A DNA stretch of 64,000 nucleotides. Origin: Eledone cirrhosa. Lineage: Eukaryota. Below the pieces are notes generated by a model. It ran no database searches, had not been told where the DNA came from, and was given only the letters and a program-made list of their open reading frames with translations. This document shows, piece by piece, positions 1-14,290 of this stretch. The translations under genes were made by a program, and so were the position numbers. Location: positions 160,146,001-160,210,000 of the forward strand of contig OZ024742.1 of assembly GCA_964016885.1 (NCBI GenBank). The letters run 5' to 3'. Within the stretch, counting starts at the first letter, position 1. Every line of letters starts with the position of its first letter.

Positions 1-35
1 GATTCTTCCAGCCAGCCTCCCATAATTTTGTTAAT

Positions 36-216
36 AATTGTTTCTACTTTTGGCACAAGACCAGCAATTACCCAGTGCATTACTGGTACTTTATTTTATC
101 GACCCCGTAAGGATGAAAGGCAAAGTTAACCTCGGCGGGATTTGAACTCAGAATGGCAAGGGCCGTAACTCTATGCGTCAAAGCATGGCGTCCGACCCTC
201 TACCGATACTGCCAAT
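36..216 (-). mobile_element. tRNA-derived SINE (young ~185-bp family, Meta/MESC-like core)
   Basis: B-box gagttcaaatccc, core gcctttcatccttacggggtcgataaaataaagtaccag, tail gtagaaacaatt. Other near-full copies: 4051-4237, 9461-9638, 16370-16570, 18278-18492, 23576-23755, 33020-33209, 40841-41023, 53342-53530. Confidence 0.9.
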
Positions 217-421
217 AATGATGGTTTCTAAGTTTTGTTCAAGGCCAGCAATCTGTAGAGAATGGAAAGTCAATAATATCGGTCCAGTATGTGACTGGTA
301 CTTTTTCTTATTGACCTCGGAAGGATGAACGGCAAAGTTGACCTCAGCAGGATTTGAACTAGAAGGTAAAGAACCGTAATTAAAGCTGCAAAGAATTTTG
401 TCGATGCTCTAATTCGGCCCC

Positions 422-1005
422 GTGTCTTCCCTTACTCATGACGAAAGGCAAGAGGCTGAATTAAATGCAAGAATTATAGAAGCTGGTGCATTAATTCGCC
501 AGCTTCAGCACTCGGTAATAAGAAGAGAAGTAGGTGTAAAAGCCAAACTCACCATATACAATTCGGTGTTCGTGCCAATCCTTACGTATAGTCAAGAATC
601 TGGGGCGATGACTGAAAGAATACGATTGTGAATACATGGTCGAAATGGGGTCCTCCGAAAGGATTTTAGAATGACATTACTCGATATGATACGTAGCTCA
701 GAAATCAGGGAGTCGGTTCAGGTAGAGCCACTACTTCTCCGAATGGAGAGATTACAGTTCCCATACTACGAACATGCAATTAGAATCGCTGGACAGATTT
801 AACGGGAAAAAACCAACCGGCAGAGACCCTGAGGCTGACCACGAGCAAGATGTTTGGATAACATCCATGGATTCGACTGGTCTCGTTTTAGGGATCCAGC
901 TGGATCAATTGGAGACGGTTGCAAATGATAGGACTCTCTGAAAGGCGTGTCTGAAGACTCTGCTCCCACGATTCTCACATGAATAAGAGGGCGAAGAAGA
1001 AAAAC
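422..1005 (+). mobile_element. degenerate RTE-clade LINE 3' remnant
   Basis: KAKLTIYNSVFVPILTYSQES.AMTERIR resembles the RTE post-RT region; frameshifted. Shorter fragments at 2986-3227 (-), 15595-15690 and 41180-41370 (+). Confidence 0.75.
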
Positions 1006-1993
1006 CTCTAACGACTCTGCCAATTCATCAACTTCTGTTGTTGTTAATAATAATAGCGATAGAAATACCTTGAAGCCTGCGTAGAAAATATACTAAATTG
1101 TGGCATACTGAACAAGTGAAAAACCTACTAGTCACTTCGAATTCAAATGATTTTCATTGGTTATATAATATTTGAAGGGCGGCGAATTGGCAAAATCGTT
1201 AGAACATCGGATAGAATGTTTTATGGTATTCGTCTTTGCTCTCTGCGCTGATTCAACTTTGTTTTTCATCCATTCCCATTCGAGTTCCTTAAAAAGGTAC
1301 CTGTCCAGCATTGGAGTCGATTCTTCCACACATACTCTATACCTCTCTCATTCTCCTTCCCTAGAAGAAATCAACTAGGTTCAGATATGATGTATGTCAT
1401 GACGGCGTCCTCTACGACACCATCAAGAATTACGGATCCATACATAATAGTTGAAATGTAGCTGGCTAATACATTGAGGACATGAACAAATGTGGACGGG
1501 GAACTAGTTCATATCCTGATTGATTCTAATTAGCATGAAATCACTTACTGAACTTTAGGTCCATGGTACCGCTACGAAAGTCACCACTGCTTCTCCTACC
1601 CAGCTAGTCTTATGCCACCTCCACTTAGATATTCCCGATTCACTTAGATCGCTACCCATTTAGTATAAATCCTTCCACACGCACCACATGAATGACCACA
1701 TCCAGTCGAAAGAATTAATATAAAAAAAATCTCTAAAACGAGTTTATTAATTCAGATGAGAAGCTAGTAGTAAAACTTTGCATTAGACTAAAGACTTTAA
1801 TTTTTAAGGTGATGCAGCTAGAGTGCTGTTTTGTACTTTTTAAGAATGTCTTGCTAATGCAGTACGGGACGTTAAAAAGTTAATAACTTTTAACACCTTG
1901 TAATGATTTTGTAGAAATGCCAAAGAACGTGTTTAATTCAAATATTTACAGTATCATTACTAGTGGAGAGATCATTGTGATAATTTGCGCCAG

Positions 1994-2168
1994 CAGACCT
2001 GCCAACTTCTAAAAACCCAAACGAGGAGTACCATGAAAAAAGGTGCCCTAAAATGGGGAGATTTTACATAATGAAAGCTATACTCATTTTCACAAGAGAG
2101 GACATCTCTCACCCACCCCAAAGTGGGTGGCAGATCTCCCCGTCGGACGGGGAGAGTTGACAACTCTG
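1994..2168 (-). mobile_element. MITE, ~175 bp, TIR CAGACCTG(C/T)CAACT; copies at 9022-9336 and 20136-20534
   Basis: Three related copies; 6-bp direct flanks tcaatg (9022 copy) and taaccc (20136 copy). Confidence 0.75.
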
Positions 2169-3228
2169 CATTAGACAAAAGACTATAATTTTTTATATGC
2201 AGTTTTGTTCTACTAATGCAATTTCATTTGATACAGCAAGTTAAGAGTTAATTCTAACTCCCTATAAAGTTTATTTGACATGTTTGTCATTCATAACTGA
2301 CTATACGCTTGGGTGAGGCACACATAAAAGAATATAAGATGTATAGGGTAAAAATAACAAAGTATAAAAATAACAAAGACAAGAATATATTGAGATATTT
2401 AATATGTACAATTTCATAGATAGATATTTTTTTTTACATATTCTCTATTATATATATGTATTTACCTTAGACTTTTACGATATATATATATATACAGCGT
2501 AAAAATCTAATGTAATTATTTACAAACATATAATATATATTGCTATCATTTAGATTCTAAGAAATACATTCTCGTGTCAAAATTATATTAAACCTGGAAT
2601 ACAAAACAGTTGTTTTCCTCCATCTGCATTTGATATGTCAGATCAAATGAACAAGCTGCTTTAAAAGAAAATATTCCATATTCTCTCCATATTTCCTCTT
2701 TATATTATGATCTGGTTATGTATAAGCTGTTCAAGAAAGATAGCAAAAATTCTATGATTCACAAGTCCAATTTTACTTTTGAAACGGAATCTGTAGATAT
2801 GTTTTGCGTTAGCCGAATTTAACCATCTCTCATTTTAATTGTATTTTCTTTTTATTTCCATGATATTTTCAATTTCAATTCCTCACCGTGCCAAAAGTGC
2901 TTACAAGAAGACATAGTAGCTTCTTCGACAAAGAGGATTCAATTAACATCTGTAACGAGGTGACATGTTGCCCATGCTTATATATCTTCTTCTTCGTCCA
3001 CTTATTCCTGAGAGGGTCATGGGGGCAGAGTCTTGAAACATCCTTCCAACGGGTATTGCTAGAAGCAACCGTCTCCAACTGATCCAACTAGATCACCAAG
3101 TGAGACCAGCCAAGATCATGGATGTTATCCAGCCATATTGCTCGGGATCTACCCCTGTGTCTCTTGCCGGTTGATTTTGCTCGTAAAATCTGTCCAGCGA
3201 TTCTTTCCTGAGACATTCTAACCACATG

Positions 3229-3289
<61 letters not shown>

Positions 3290-4696
3290 TTTCATTCTCA
3301 TCGCCGTACATCAACATGTCTCAATATACATAACAGTATTTGGCCTGTCCGGTGTTGCTGCTGCTGCAATCAATGCAATTTGACATCGTGGCTAATTAAG
3401 ACGATATTTCTTTCTCATATCGAGGAAAAATAATTAACACCCATCTTATTAAGACAGTTCAGCAGCCATTAATATTCGATTTCATATTAATTGGTTGTAA
3501 AGCTAATGAACTTGCTCCTACAGTTTCGAATTTAGCAAAACAAAAAAAAAATAATATAAACAAAACGCTCTTTACTCAAATATAATGCAGAGATAATGTG
3601 GCTTGAGAATGAGAAAAAGCTGATTGTCTTCAATAAATATTTCTGTGCTTTATTTTTCATCCTTTCTCTGATGGACGTTTATAGCTATTTTATAACCGAC
3701 GTAGTTATCATAAATCATATGAACTTGCCAAAATAATTGCCGAGTTCTAATTAAAAGACATATATAAATAGATACACATTCCTCCATATGAGAGTACAAT
3801 AAAATAAAAAAAAAAAAGAACTGGTACGTTGAACGAGTATTGTTACAAAATAAAAATAAATAAATAACTTATATTGCAATAACATTAAATAAATAAATAC
3901 AAATATGAATGAGGTAAAAATAAAATATAAATGTAGTAATGACAAACAAACAAACAAAAAAAAAGATAATGATTTGATGAGTGAATAAATAAATAAATGT
4001 TTTTTTTAAATTTTTTTTTTACTAAATTGGTAGCAACGTCCATTATTTTATGTGGATTAGCAGTATTGGTAGAGGGTTGGACGCCATGCTTTGATTCATA
4101 GAGTTACGGCCCTTGCCATTCTGAGTTCAAATCCCGCCGAGGTTAACTTTGCCTTTCATTCTTACAGGGTCGACAAAATAAAGTACCAGTAATGCACTGG
4201 GTAATTGCTGGCCTTGTGCCAAACGTAGAAACAATTATTTTATATTAGATTATATATAGGCGGCGTGTTGGCAGACTTGTCAGATAGAACGGTTTGTGAT
4301 ATTCGTTCCGGCTCTCTACATTCCGAGTTCAAATCTCATCGAGTTCATATTTAGCTTTCATCTTTTCAGGTCGGTACAAAGGTACCAGTACTGGCGTATA
4401 TTTTTCCTCTATATCCCTTTCACACTTCCTTTCTATCACGTATTCTCCTTATCTGGAAGAAATCGGCTTTGTTCAGACCTTGAAAGAAGATGGTCCTCAC
4501 CTGGTTTAAAATGTCCAAGAAACGCTGTGTATCACTCCGACGCCCGTACGACTCTACCAGGATCAACAGCTTCATACACACGTAATATATATATATATTT
4601 CTTTTGAACAAATAAAGCAAGTTTGAGTGTTTTGATAATTTTCCATCGAAATTTCAATGTAGGAATATGTGAAATTCCACTTCTATTTGGCTTGTT

Positions 4697-5052
4697 TTAA
4701 CTCTTAACATCCTGTAATGATTTAGGAGAAATAATCTAAAATCAGATTTGTTAATTAAATGTTTATACTATATCTAGTAGTGGACAAGACATTGTGAAAA
4801 ATTGCAGTCTTAAAGTAAAAACTTTAATTCATGTGGTCATAGTGTTATTTTGTACTTTTCAAGAATATTTTGCTAATGTGGTTTTGTGTGGTTTGTTAAT
4901 TCAAATGTTTATACCCTTATTAGGGGAGAGATCTTTACGAAAATTTATAATTTTAGAGTAAACGCTTTACTGTTTAGTGTGATGCAGTCATAATGTTCTT
5001 TTGTACTGTCTTGGTAATGTGGTTACATATGGTACAGGACGTTAATAGTTAA
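4697..5052. mobile_element. TTAA-flanked MITE (piggyBac/Kolobok-like) with internal duplication; relatives at ~1740-2250
   Basis: ttaactcttaacatcctgta ... tacaggacgttaatagttaa. Confidence 0.5.
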
Positions 5053-6238
5053 AAGGAAATGGAAGCTAACTTCTCTCTTCCCCCGTTTCTGGCAAACATA
5101 TGATCAGTATTTTTCCTGATATACATCTGTAAAGCGAGGGAGATGATATCTGAGAGAAAGCTAGATATTATAAACATGTTATGTCAATCATGTCTATGTT
5201 ACAAAGAAAGAAAGACATTGTACAGTTACGCAGGCAAACTCCGAAGATATAATGAATTACTAAATTATCTAATTGCATTGGAGTATATTATCTTCCAGAT
5301 ATTCAACATACACATTCTCCTGTCTTTCTAAATATACAGGGAAGGCATCAGAAAGAAGGCATAAAGAAATATACCAAAGAATCGTTTAGAATAAGTCTCG
5401 ATAAACATTTCTTGCTAGCAGAAATCTATTTTATTTTCTGAACAAAAAAAAAAAAAAAAATCCTGCAGCGGGATGGATTCTACCAGGTTTAAGTGCCCAA
5501 GACACACCATATATTGTGATGGAACTCCTATGACACCATGGCATGGGATTCAGAAATCCGGATGAAAATTCGTTTGGGATTAGTGTAGGTATGAACCTGA
5601 TCTCTCTCCGCTTGTCTTTACAGAAAAGCAACAAATTTGCCGAGTCGTTAGAACGTCAGATAAAATGTTTTGCCATATTTCTTTAGGCTTTCTGCATTCG
5701 GAGTTCTGAGTTCAAATCTCGCTGAGGTCAAATTTGCCTTTCATCCTTTCAAGGTCAACATCGAATCGACCCTCATCCCTCCTCTCTCTCCCCCTCTCTC
5801 GATCAAATCGGTTGAGTTTTGACTTGGAAAAGGATGAACTCCACCACGTTTAAATGCCAAAGACACACTGGCGTTCCCACGAGACCATTATGAGATAGAA
5901 TTTTCTTTCTTTACAGACACACCCCCACCTCACCCCACAAAAATAACATTCATCATTTTCATATTTATTTTTGATTTTGTTGTTTTGTTTTAAAGAAGAT
6001 ATGAAATTCATTCATGCCCTTTAAAAAAAATCCTTTCAAATATAAGGAGACTCACCACCCCATAAACCCTGCGCGAGGTGGAATGGCTGATGTAACCAGT
6101 GGGTTTCTATAGCTGGCTGCTTATTCTCCGCGGCAACCCTTCCGCAATCTTGTCCGTGGGGCGCAGCTAAGATATGCCGTTCAGCCAATGGTGTAGAGTT
6201 CATTTTTTCTTTTTGTCATTCATAAATAAATTTTTTTT

Positions 6239-6244
6239 TTTATT
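6239..6244 (-). promoter_or_regulatory. candidate polyadenylation signal AATAAA for the vestigial-like mRNA
   Basis: tttatt on + strand ~230 nt past the stop; others exist (e.g. 5964-5969); AT-rich context makes it ambiguous. Confidence 0.3.
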
Positions 6245-6475
6245 AAAAAAAATAATATAATAACGTGTCTTCAATTTCATCTGACCGCAGTATATCGTCT
6301 GGTTAATGGCCCAAATTATTAAGCCTAAAATTTTGCATTCAGAATTTTCTTTGAATACTTAAAGTTTTTTTCTTGTTTTACATCTATATATTTATATATA
6401 TATATATTCATTTATGTAGCCCTGTTTTCTTTGGTAAATTTGCATAATAATTTTTTTTGTTCTTGTCTCTTTCAG

Positions 6476-6525
6476 TTAATACCAGTACATATCTTTTCCT
6501 GTTTCTGAAATAGGATTTTCAACAC
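6476..6525 (-). CDS. vg: vestigial-like terminal coding exon 4, (G)VENPISETGKDMYWY*
   Basis: Polypyrimidine tract + ttccag| acceptor, phase 1 fits exon 3; C-terminus KDMYWY* resembles the KDLYWF* end of protostome Vestigial; TAA at 6476-6478. Confidence 0.88.
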
Positions 6526-7669
6526 CTGGAATTAAAAACAAAAAAAAAAGAGAAATAGAGAGAAATTTAGTTTGAGGTGAATTCATAGATATAATTTGAA
6601 AAGAAAATCAATTATATAATAAATCAATGCTTTAACTATTTTGTAACCAAACCGCCTAAAAACGCTCCTGGTTCTGCAATTACAAGCGGTTCGTTTTAAA
6701 GGGTTTATATTTATCTAAAAAAAAAATCAGGACTTTTGTTTTGTTCCAAATAATGAGACTTTTATTACTAAATCCCTGAAAATTCTTCATTATTCTCAAA
6801 AACATAATCAGTGTTGTTCATTGTAGCTAAGGACACAGAAAATAGACAGTGTCTAGCGACAGTCTTGTCTTGCAAAACCAAGGATCATAAATCTACTTGA
6901 TCGGGGCTGATCTGAAGACAAATAACGACATTAACAGCTAACAAATGAAGGAAGTTTGTTATTTTACTCAAATCCCATGCTATGGTCTTAAAAAAAAAAA
7001 AAGGAAGAAACCGCCGAGAAATGAAGTCCCTGATATAGAAAAAGAAGGGTTAATCGTGGATAACCAGGACTGGCCTGGGACTAAATAATGATGACTACTG
7101 CCAACGCTGCTCTCATTAGCCATTAATAATAGTAGTAACAGTAAACTTCAACGTGTGAAAAATGTAATGCCCCACCACCATCACCACTACCATCAGCACA
7201 CAAACACATATGTACGAGTTGTTGGACTTAAATAAAATGCAATAGCTTATGAAAACCATGCAAAAGACCTCCCTTCTACTACTGCAATAAAAAAGACACG
7301 TATGCTGAACGTGATAAAAGTATGTCACACGCACACATATCTGTCAGTTTATGGAATCAATTAAAACTGCCTCAGCAAACTGTGAAAGGAACATTTTCTT
7401 TAAAATTTCGTAAAAGAAAAAATGTAAGTTGATTTGTAGCGAAGAGTGAACCAACGATGTTTCAGACAATTAACGTCGAGGATGATCGTAGTACTAAGAC
7501 CCCTCTATATTTTCTCTCCTTCCGAAGGAAAAATGCCCAAAAGATTGGTTTTATTTTCATTCATGGCAAATCAACTCAGTTTTCATTTTTTACACCCCTT
7601 TTTAAGAAACATTTTCTATTTGGTATTTTTGAGAAAGGGCCAGACTTTTCCCCACAACGGAAAGATTGA

Positions 7670-7960
7670 TGCCGTTGATATTCTGTTTAAACTGTTGTAG
7701 GCCCACACCTTTGGAAAGACATGCACAAGGAGGGAATTTGGGCCGACGTTCTGAACAGGAAAGGCTAGCAGGAGAGTTGCAGGGACATACAACATAGGTG
7801 ATATTAGAGCAGGATGAACGAGTGAGTCGGGAGTGCTTCAGTAAAGATGGCATGATAATAGCAAGCTTCGGTAATCAGAGGTCATTCTAGTAAAGGGAAA
7901 AGTCACTAAGACTCACGGCTGCAGAATGTCTAAGTTTTATAAACGTAGACCACCATCACA
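7670..7960 (-). mobile_element. highly degenerate CR1/L2-like LINE 3' remnant
   Basis: MPSLLKHSRLTRSS...LQQFKQNIN pattern; a similar remnant lies at ~17480-17760 (+). Confidence 0.4.
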
Positions 7961-9867
7961 GTCATTGGATTTTTTATAATATTGGCTAGAAAATCAGTTT
8001 GATATCGCCCCTAGTACTTATTTTTTCAAGTGTGGTACTTATACTTTATCAATTCTCTTTTCATCGAACTGCCATGTTACGGGACATAAACGCAAACTTT
8101 AATACAGATTCGGACACCCAAATACACTCCCATATATGTATAACTATATATATATTAATAGCTTGACTTAACACTGGTCTACAAGCGGTTTCAAAACGAA
8201 AACACGTCCAAATCATTAGGTCCATTTGGAGAAAAAATTATATGACGGGCTTCTGCAGTTTCTACTCACAAGCCATTGGTCAATTCGAGGTCTGAGGTTG
8301 TGATGAATTGCTTGCACCAAAGCGTGCAACATTTGCCTAGAACTATTAAGAAAATGCGAGGCCAGTCACAGTTTTTATCAGTACTACATCACACAAACAA
8401 TAGACAAATAAACCCCTTTTTATGAACACTTTTCTGCATCTTAATTATATGTATATCTTTGTTTGTGTGTACATTTATGTATTCATGTGCGGAGATATGT
8501 GTATCAGAGTGTGTGTGTGTACGCACATGTATATGTATGTGTGTGTATATATGTATGTATATATGTATTATTATTCTGCCACGTGTGTGACGGATCCGAC
8601 TATCAACTGAGTCGATTGTGAAGATTGTCCCAGCAACTTTCTTTAGAGGGGAAGGATAAGCAGTTTTTATCTGCCATAGCGGCAAGAGGTCGTATGGTGG
8701 ACGCGTTTGAAGCACTTTCCTCTTCGGCGGAGCCCTTATTTACTTTTTCAGGTTTCACTTGAAGAGGAAAATCAGGGCGGAGAGAGAAGTGTAGCCTCCC
8801 AATCAGTCTTTTGAAAGGTGGGTGAGAATGGTAAGCATGATCCGAGTAAATGGGCCTACTCTGGCTATACACATGTAAATTGGAAGGGTACAAGTGGGAG
8901 AGGGCACTTGCTCTAGCATTCAGGGAGACCGTGGCATTTTTGTAGGCTTTCTCCACGAATGACGCCCGAATATCTGCCCATTTTGGGGGAATTTGTATAC
9001 CGCCCTGTGCCGTCTTCAATGCAGACCTGTCAACTCTTCCCGTCCGACGAGAAGATCTATCACCCATCCCAAAGTGGGTGAGAGATGTCTTCTCTTGTAA
9101 AAATGGGTATAGCTTTCATTATGTAAAATCTCCCCATTTTACCTCATTTCTCCCCAATTTGGGGCACCTTTTTTCATGGTACTCCTCATTTGGGTTTTTA
9201 GAAGTTGTCTGTGACAATATTCTACGTTGCTCCATTCCTTATGTAAAATCTCCCCAGTTTGCTTCATTTCTCCCCGTTTTGGGGAACTTTTTTTCGTGGT
9301 ATTTCCCGTTTAGGATCTTAGAGGTTGACAAGTCTGTCAATGTTTTCTTAATGTGAGCCCCGTGTAGCTAATAAAGAAAATCATTATCGTTACTTGTGAT
9401 ACTACTAATACTAATTATTATCTTTATTAGTATTAGGATTATTGCTTCTACTACTAATATTTGTTTCTACTTTTGGCACAAGGTCAGCAATTACCCCAGT
9501 GTATTACTGGTATTTTATCGACCCCGTAAGGATGAAAGGCAAAGATAACCTCGGCGGGATTTGAATTCAGACCATAAAGGCCCGTAACTCTATGCTGCAC
9601 GGCATGGCGTCCGACCCTCTACCAATACTGCCAATCCAATATTGGCATTAGGGCTCGATTTGTTTGGTGGTATTGGACGTTGTTGCTGCTGTTACTGTCG
9701 CTGGCGTTATCGTTGTTACAGTTGTTGGTGTTGTCGGTGTTGTTGCCGCCGGATGGGCAATTGTAACTTGACACTAATGCCACACCACTCCATCGAAGGA
9801 GTTCATTGTTTAGAAAATTTTGAGCCAAAGCTGAACACTTTACATAATAACCTATGCTACCTGGTCG

Positions 9868-10067
9868 NNNNNNNNNNNNNNNNNNNNNNNNNNNNNNNNN
9901 NNNNNNNNNNNNNNNNNNNNNNNNNNNNNNNNNNNNNNNNNNNNNNNNNNNNNNNNNNNNNNNNNNNNNNNNNNNNNNNNNNNNNNNNNNNNNNNNNNNN
10001 NNNNNNNNNNNNNNNNNNNNNNNNNNNNNNNNNNNNNNNNNNNNNNNNNNNNNNNNNNNNNNNNNNN
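9868..10067. other. assembly gap (200 N) in intron 3, abutting a >1 kb (TA)n tract
   Basis: Run of N. Confidence 1.
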
Positions 10068-11103
<1,036 letters not shown>

Positions 11104-11214
11104 CTGCATAAGTTCACAGTTATGTAGATTTAGCCGCACAAGTGTGAACTGGAAATTTCATTTTTTTTTCTTACACCAATCAGCATCAGATACCAAAGTA
11201 AACATTTAACATAC

Positions 11215-11769
11215 CTGCTAATCCAGTTTCGATACTGGAATGTGAAGGATAATCTGTGAATCGTCTGGCTGTTGTTGGTAAATCTGCAACAGATTTTCCA
11301 CTAATATCACAGGGTTGACCATGCATCGAACTAAAGCTCCCTGACGATCGCATTGCTGCTGCTGTTGGAGGTTGTGAAGATGGAACTGTGTGGTGTGGCA
11401 TCAATAAAGAGCCGTACTGTCCATGGTGACTACTAGCAAAACGACTAGAAGCGGCTGCTGCGGCCATTGACGAATATGAAAGGTCGTAGTGAACGTGAGC
11501 AGTTGTTGGTGTGGGTCTGTATGTGCTTTGTGCGTGCGGAGACAGCGAATAGTGCCAGGGGTCAGCAGCAGCAACTGCAGCAGCTGTTGCTGCTTGGTGA
11601 AGGCTTGAAATGCCGTGTAGAGTTGCCGAGGAGAAGTATGGAGAGGTTGGGTTAAATGAAAGTGCGTTCGATTCCAAGTAAGCGGCAGCAGAGTCCAGAT
11701 TATTGTTTTGATGATAAGATGGATTCCAAAATGAAGGTGGAAAATTTCGTTGTGACATTGAAAGGGAAT
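11215..11769 (-). CDS. vg: vestigial-like exon 3
   Basis: ttctttttcag|AT acceptor completes G|AT (Asp, phase 1); [19 protein letters not shown]...DPWHYSL...QYGSLLMP...ETGLA, with Vg/VGLL motifs RNFPPSFWN and YGSLL; ends GCAG|GTATGT (phase 1); 555 nt. Confidence 0.93.
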
Positions 11770-11794
11770 CTGAAAAAGAAAGAATATATATATA

Positions 11795-11873
<79 letters not shown>

Positions 11874-11874
11874 A

Positions 11875-11955
<81 letters not shown>

Positions 11956-11956
11956 A

Positions 11957-12000
<44 letters not shown>

Positions 12001-12453
12001 GTGTGCATAAACAAAGGCGAATAAAAACTATTTAATTCTTATCTATACACAGATAACAGCCAGTGAATTGGTAGATTCATTAGAATGTTGGATTTAGTGT
12101 TATTCGCTCTAGCTCTCTGCGCACGGAGTTCAAAACCCATCGAGGTCAACTTTGCCTTTTATCCTTTCGAGGTCTATACAAAAGTACCAGTTCAGTACTG
12201 AAATCAATTCTTCATCTACATATTTCTCACTTTTTCTCTATCACTCTCACATTCCGTCGTTAGAAGAAAGAAATCGGCCTTGTTCTGTATATTAATACAC
12301 AGTTTTTAGATGGATTTTATATGACTAGTAGTTTCATAGTTTGCACTGATAAAGTCGTGTCCCAACTGCAAAAGCTAGTCATCAGCTGCATTTTAAGTCG
12401 TAAACAACCGACAGCTCATTCTTTCGTAATCTGAAACCGCACTCAAGTAACTG

Positions 12454-12535
<82 letters not shown>

Positions 12536-13033
12536 GTGTGTATATGTCTGTGTGTGTGTTGTTGTAACGGTATATTTAAATACATAAGTATGAATACGGA
12601 TAATATGGAAGAAAGACAAAACATCCTACTTGAATCTAATTATATAATTGTAAATAGTAAACAATATAGGGATAGTCTTTGCAACATTATGTGTGTGAAG
12701 GTGAAACAAGAGAGTGAGATATCTAAAGAGAGTGAGAATTTAGAAGAGTGGGAAAGCTAAGTAGTGAGAGGGAGAGGAATGCGATAGGAATATTGGTTCT
12801 TTTGCTAGTGGCATATATTTTGTCTGTTTACATTCTGTGTTCAAATCCCGCCGAGCTCAACTTTACCTTTCATCTTTCCGAGATCAATATATTAAAGTAC
12901 ACCACTCATATATTAAGGGTAGTTGAATGAACTAAGCCCCACTTTTTTAAATTGCTGATCTTGCACCTTAATTAGAAACAATATTGGTTATATGTAAAGT
13001 TCGAAATTTCGAAGCGCTGAGTGATTATGAAAG

Positions 13034-13236
13034 TCATAGAAAATTTAGCAAACTCAGACGCAGAAAATAACTGTAAACACAGTTGGTTTCTATAAATAGC
13101 TTAGAAAATCAGGTGACCGCTAGCCCCACTTTCTTTTCGTCTATAAGGGGTCTTTACCTGATTTTCTAAGCTATTTATAGCAACCATCTGTGTTTATAGT
13201 TATTTTCTACGTCTGAGTTCCCTACGTTTTCTATGA
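13034..13236. mobile_element. foldback MITE, ~80-bp imperfect arms, ~40-bp spacer
   Basis: tcatagaaaa...ctataaatagcttagaaaatcaggt / acctgattttctaagctatttatag...ttttctatga; no hammerhead core. Confidence 0.7.
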
Positions 13237-13534
13237 ATATTGGTTATATTTTGAGGCAAACACTGAATTTCGTCTGTTATATAAAAAAATAAATAATAAT
13301 AATAAAAAGTGTCATTATTCTAGTTTACAAAAATGGGCTTGCATCTTATGCCTCACCCCACCACAACACGTGTGTTATTAAAACCTATGTATGTTCAAGG
13401 TCCTTATATAAAAGTGACTATTTAAGAAAAAGAAAAAACAAACAAAAAAAAAACGGTTTCTAATTTAGGCACAAGGCCAGCGATTTTGAGGAGAGGGAAA
13501 GTTGATTATATTGACCCCAGTGCTTGACTAGTAC

Positions 13535-13620
13535 GCTTTTCCAGCGCATCTGCCTTACCATCCTCCGGGGAAATGCCTTCGCCATTCTGTCCACCGGGGC
13601 TGTGGGGAGGCTATCACGTG
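13535..13620 (+). mobile_element. CRE/NeSL-type (restriction-like endonuclease) non-LTR retrotransposon 3' remnant
   Basis: LFQRICLTILRGNAFAILS resembles the QRLS..I.RGNA C-terminus of CRE-clade elements. Confidence 0.55.
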
Positions 13621-13816
13621 GGACCACATTTGCTCACCATACGGAGAGATGGGGAGGGTCAAAGTGATGGAGGCGATGACAGTGGGAGTTCGGCTGATCT
13701 TTCATGTTTGCTTAGGTTACAATTGCATTGTGATAGAAGTTGTGATAACCCTCTATAGGGTACCTGAACAGGTGAAACATAAGCTCTTTCTTAAATCATG
13801 TTTAATACATTTGTTA

Positions 13817-14054
13817 AGCTATATAACTGCAGCAGTTTCCCATCTCCAGAGTTGTATATCTCCAGAGCTATATAACTGCAGCAGTTTCCCATCTCCAGAG
13901 TTGTATATCTTCAGAGCTATATAACTGCAGCAGTTTCCCATCTCCAGAGTTGTATATCTTCAGAGCTATATAACTGCAGCAGTTTCCCATCTCCAGAGTT
14001 GTATATCTCCAGAGCTATATAACTGCAGCAGTTTCCCATCTCCAGAGTTATATA
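13817..14054. repeat. 49-bp minisatellite, ~4.8 near-identical copies
   Basis: Unit agctatataactgcagcagtttcccatctccagagttgtatatctycag starts at 13817, 13866, 13915, 13964 and 14013. Confidence 0.95.
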
Positions 14055-14185
14055 TATTTTTCTGAGAGTTTCTTTGACCTGCAATTTAAATATTTCGTTA
14101 AAAAATTCTACCGACTCTGACACTTTGTCGCCTAACAACTACACCAATAATAATATATGTTATCGGGGCGGAGTTGACCGCCCGC

Positions 14186-14290
14186 ACTAGCGGGCGAAAT
14201 GGTGTGGCTGTTTCGGCACGTCTCCCTCTCCATCCTCCGAGGAAATGCATTCTCCATCCTGTTGGCTAGGACCCAGTGGCGGAGGGCAAG
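14186..14290 (+). mobile_element. second CRE-type 3' remnant
   Basis: EMVWLFRHVSLSILRGNAFSILL. Confidence 0.55.

Noticed and set aside
4051-4237. tRNA genes suggested by A/B-box motifs
   Set aside because: They are SINE heads followed by core and tail, with no complete cloverleaf.
8575-9020. 154-aa ORF and hammerhead-like CCGAAGA...AAACGCGTC on the - strand (~8696-8734)
   Set aside because: ORF starts inside a MITE and has no recognisable motif; the ribozyme-like string lacks the G of GAAA and stem I does not pair.
11186-11214. ORF-track C-terminus GMLNVYFGI* for exon 3
   Set aside because: A canonical GTATGT donor at 11214 and an in-phase KDMYWY* exon explain the data better; this would only be an intron-retention product.
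13817-14054. CRISPR-like periodic repeat
   Set aside because: Units are contiguous with no unique spacers, there are no cas genes, and the context is eukaryotic.
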